Below, piece after piece: positions 62,544 through 64,000 of a stretch of DNA of 64,000 nt. The notes beneath the pieces were generated by a model that was not told the DNA's origin, made no database searches, and saw nothing but the letters and a program-made list of their open reading frames with translations. The number at the start of each line of letters is the position of its first letter. The stretch's first letter is position 1. Source of the DNA: Podarcis tiliguerta (taxonomy: Eukaryota). Where the stretch lies: NCBI GenBank assembly GCA_965153285.1, contig OZ229111.1. One strand, 5' to 3'. The position numbers and the translations under genes were made by a program.

Positions 62544-63697
62544 CTGTAGGATTAAAGTGGAAAAGAAGTTCAGGAACAGAGGACCAGTTCTCCCTGTAAT
62601 GCCAGGGCAGGCAGTCCCTGGAAGCTAAAAAAAGGGAGGGGGAGACAAAGAGCACAATCCATACTAAAATAACCACAGGGGTGACTGACTGAGTGTTCCT
62701 AGTGTCAGAAACATTGCTTCAAGGAGTTGCTGCCTCCTTGTGTCACAGCCACACTTCTCACCACTTGTCCGTTTCAGGCAGGATATTGAGAAGGGTCTGC
62801 TTCCCAGTCCGCTGGCCTTGAATTATTCACCTTCCTTGTACAGACACTTTGAATAAATAGATGTACAATATGACCCCACAATGAACTATGAGGAAGCATA
62901 CCTCACTGACTGAAGCCCAGTGGGCTCAGACAAATGCTACAAGCTATAGTTGTGGGTCTCCTCTGATTATTTTTAAATCAAGGTTTAGAAAGTTGGTGTC
63001 ACCTGTCAGATTTTGTTTAGGTTGTAGACCTACCAACAAGGTAAGGTTTTCGAAAAGGGAGGGAGGGAGGGAGAAAGAAAGAAAGAAAGAGCCCGAAACT
63101 CATAGGTCAGTATTTATATCGATTTTATGCCAAAAAACAACTAAGTTGTGGGCTCTGGACCACAGACCAGAGCAGTTTAAAAGCTGTTCACTGTTTGGCA
63201 CCAGGCTATATGGCAATGCTGCTGCCAGGTTTTTGGTCCACACCATCCTTGATGAGCACCTTGACTGCTCATGTCCACCATTTGCCATGTCAGAGAGGAA
63301 ACCTATCAATTTGAAGACAGTCACTTCACTAAGCAGGAGAACCACCAGAAGTGGCACTTAAAAGCAACAGAACAAAAACAGGTTTGGCTTCACAAACACT
63401 CCTAACAAGCTGCTATATACACCATATAGCAACAACCTTAATTTGTGCAGTCAGATAGGCTCTGGAAATGGCCATAACTCCCTGTTACTCATAAGAAGAT
63501 CATGTTTTTACAGTTCTGCAGCATTCATGCTATATTTTTAACTGCCCAAAATATATTGTGTGATGAGTCCCCTGGTTCCATACCACTTCATACAACTCTA
63601 TGGAGAGAGTGAAAAGCATAGAGAAAACTATATTCTGAGAAAGCCTGGTGTGCCCATATCTCCACCCCACCCAAAAATCCCCTGATTTTCAGCTTGC

Positions 63698-63828
63698 CTG
63701 AGGAATCTCATCTCTTCATCTTTCTTCTCATCCTCACTGATGATTTTTGAGGTAGTGACGCTCACTTCTACTCCATCCACAACAAATCTCCTGGTCCGTT
63801 TCAGTGTCATCTTCTGCATTTTTGCATC
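63698..63828 (-). CDS. STK10: STK10 internal coding exon ([44 protein letters not shown]); upstream exons lie beyond the window
   Basis: Translation matches the STK10/SLK motif [23 protein letters not shown]. AG acceptor at 63829-63830. The exon ends in phase 2 (CTC AG) followed by a GC donor (GCAAGC), matching the phase of the next exon. Confidence 0.93.
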
Positions 63829-63884
63829 CTATGTAATCAATCAAATGTTTATTATGGTGAACCAACCGTTAAAAGAAAATTACA

Positions 63885-63919
<35 letters not shown>

Positions 63920-63921
63920 TG

Positions 63922-64000
63922 CAGGTTTTGGTGTCCTCGGGTGTCTTCCCGTGTAAAAGTTGGGGTGTCTAGGCGACGTTTCGACGAGGTCTCACTCGTC
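63922..64000 (-). mobile_element. Penelope-like pLTR with hammerhead ribozyme, cut by the window edge
   Basis: Minus strand reads GACGAG-TGAGAC-CTCGTC-GAAAC-GTC, i.e. stem II, the GAAA box and a GUC cleavage triplet. The CUGANGA box would lie just past 64000. Confidence 0.6.

Noticed and set aside
52838-63828. Assignment as SLK instead of STK10
   Set aside because: [29 protein letters not shown] and the C-terminal ..FSSAEAS match recalled STK10 rather than SLK.

Overview
Vertebrate genomic DNA, almost certainly from a squamate reptile. Sauria SINEs plus a (TTC/TCC)n-tailed Squam3B-like SINE suggest a lacertid lizard (inference). Two host genes lie head-to-tail on the minus strand. The first is the last 10 coding exons and 3'UTR of STK10 (LOK; 63828 down to ~49850). 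About 20 kb further downstream are the CpG-island promoter and first two coding exons of SH3PXD2B (Tks4; 29750-29679 and 14429-14349). The intergenic interval holds a Tigger remnant, a full-length Chapaev3-type DNA transposon (32750-35021, TTA TSD) and a 6.2-kb gamma-like endogenous retrovirus (35797-42042). The provirus has 628-bp LTRs that look identical by eye, a 4-bp TSD and a tRNA-Pro PBS. Its gag/pol is shredded and out of order, but it keeps a splice donor/acceptor pair. That pair leads to an intact 183-codon non-Env ORF and a small membrane-protein ORF in the env position. This recently integrated, non-autonomous mosaic provirus with candidate accessory genes is the most interesting object. 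Also present are Penelope fragments with hammerhead-ribozyme cores, several hAT/Tc1 MITEs with TSDs, and L1/CR1/RTE/L2 fragments. All calls come from reading the sequence by eye and from recalled family motifs; no searches were run.
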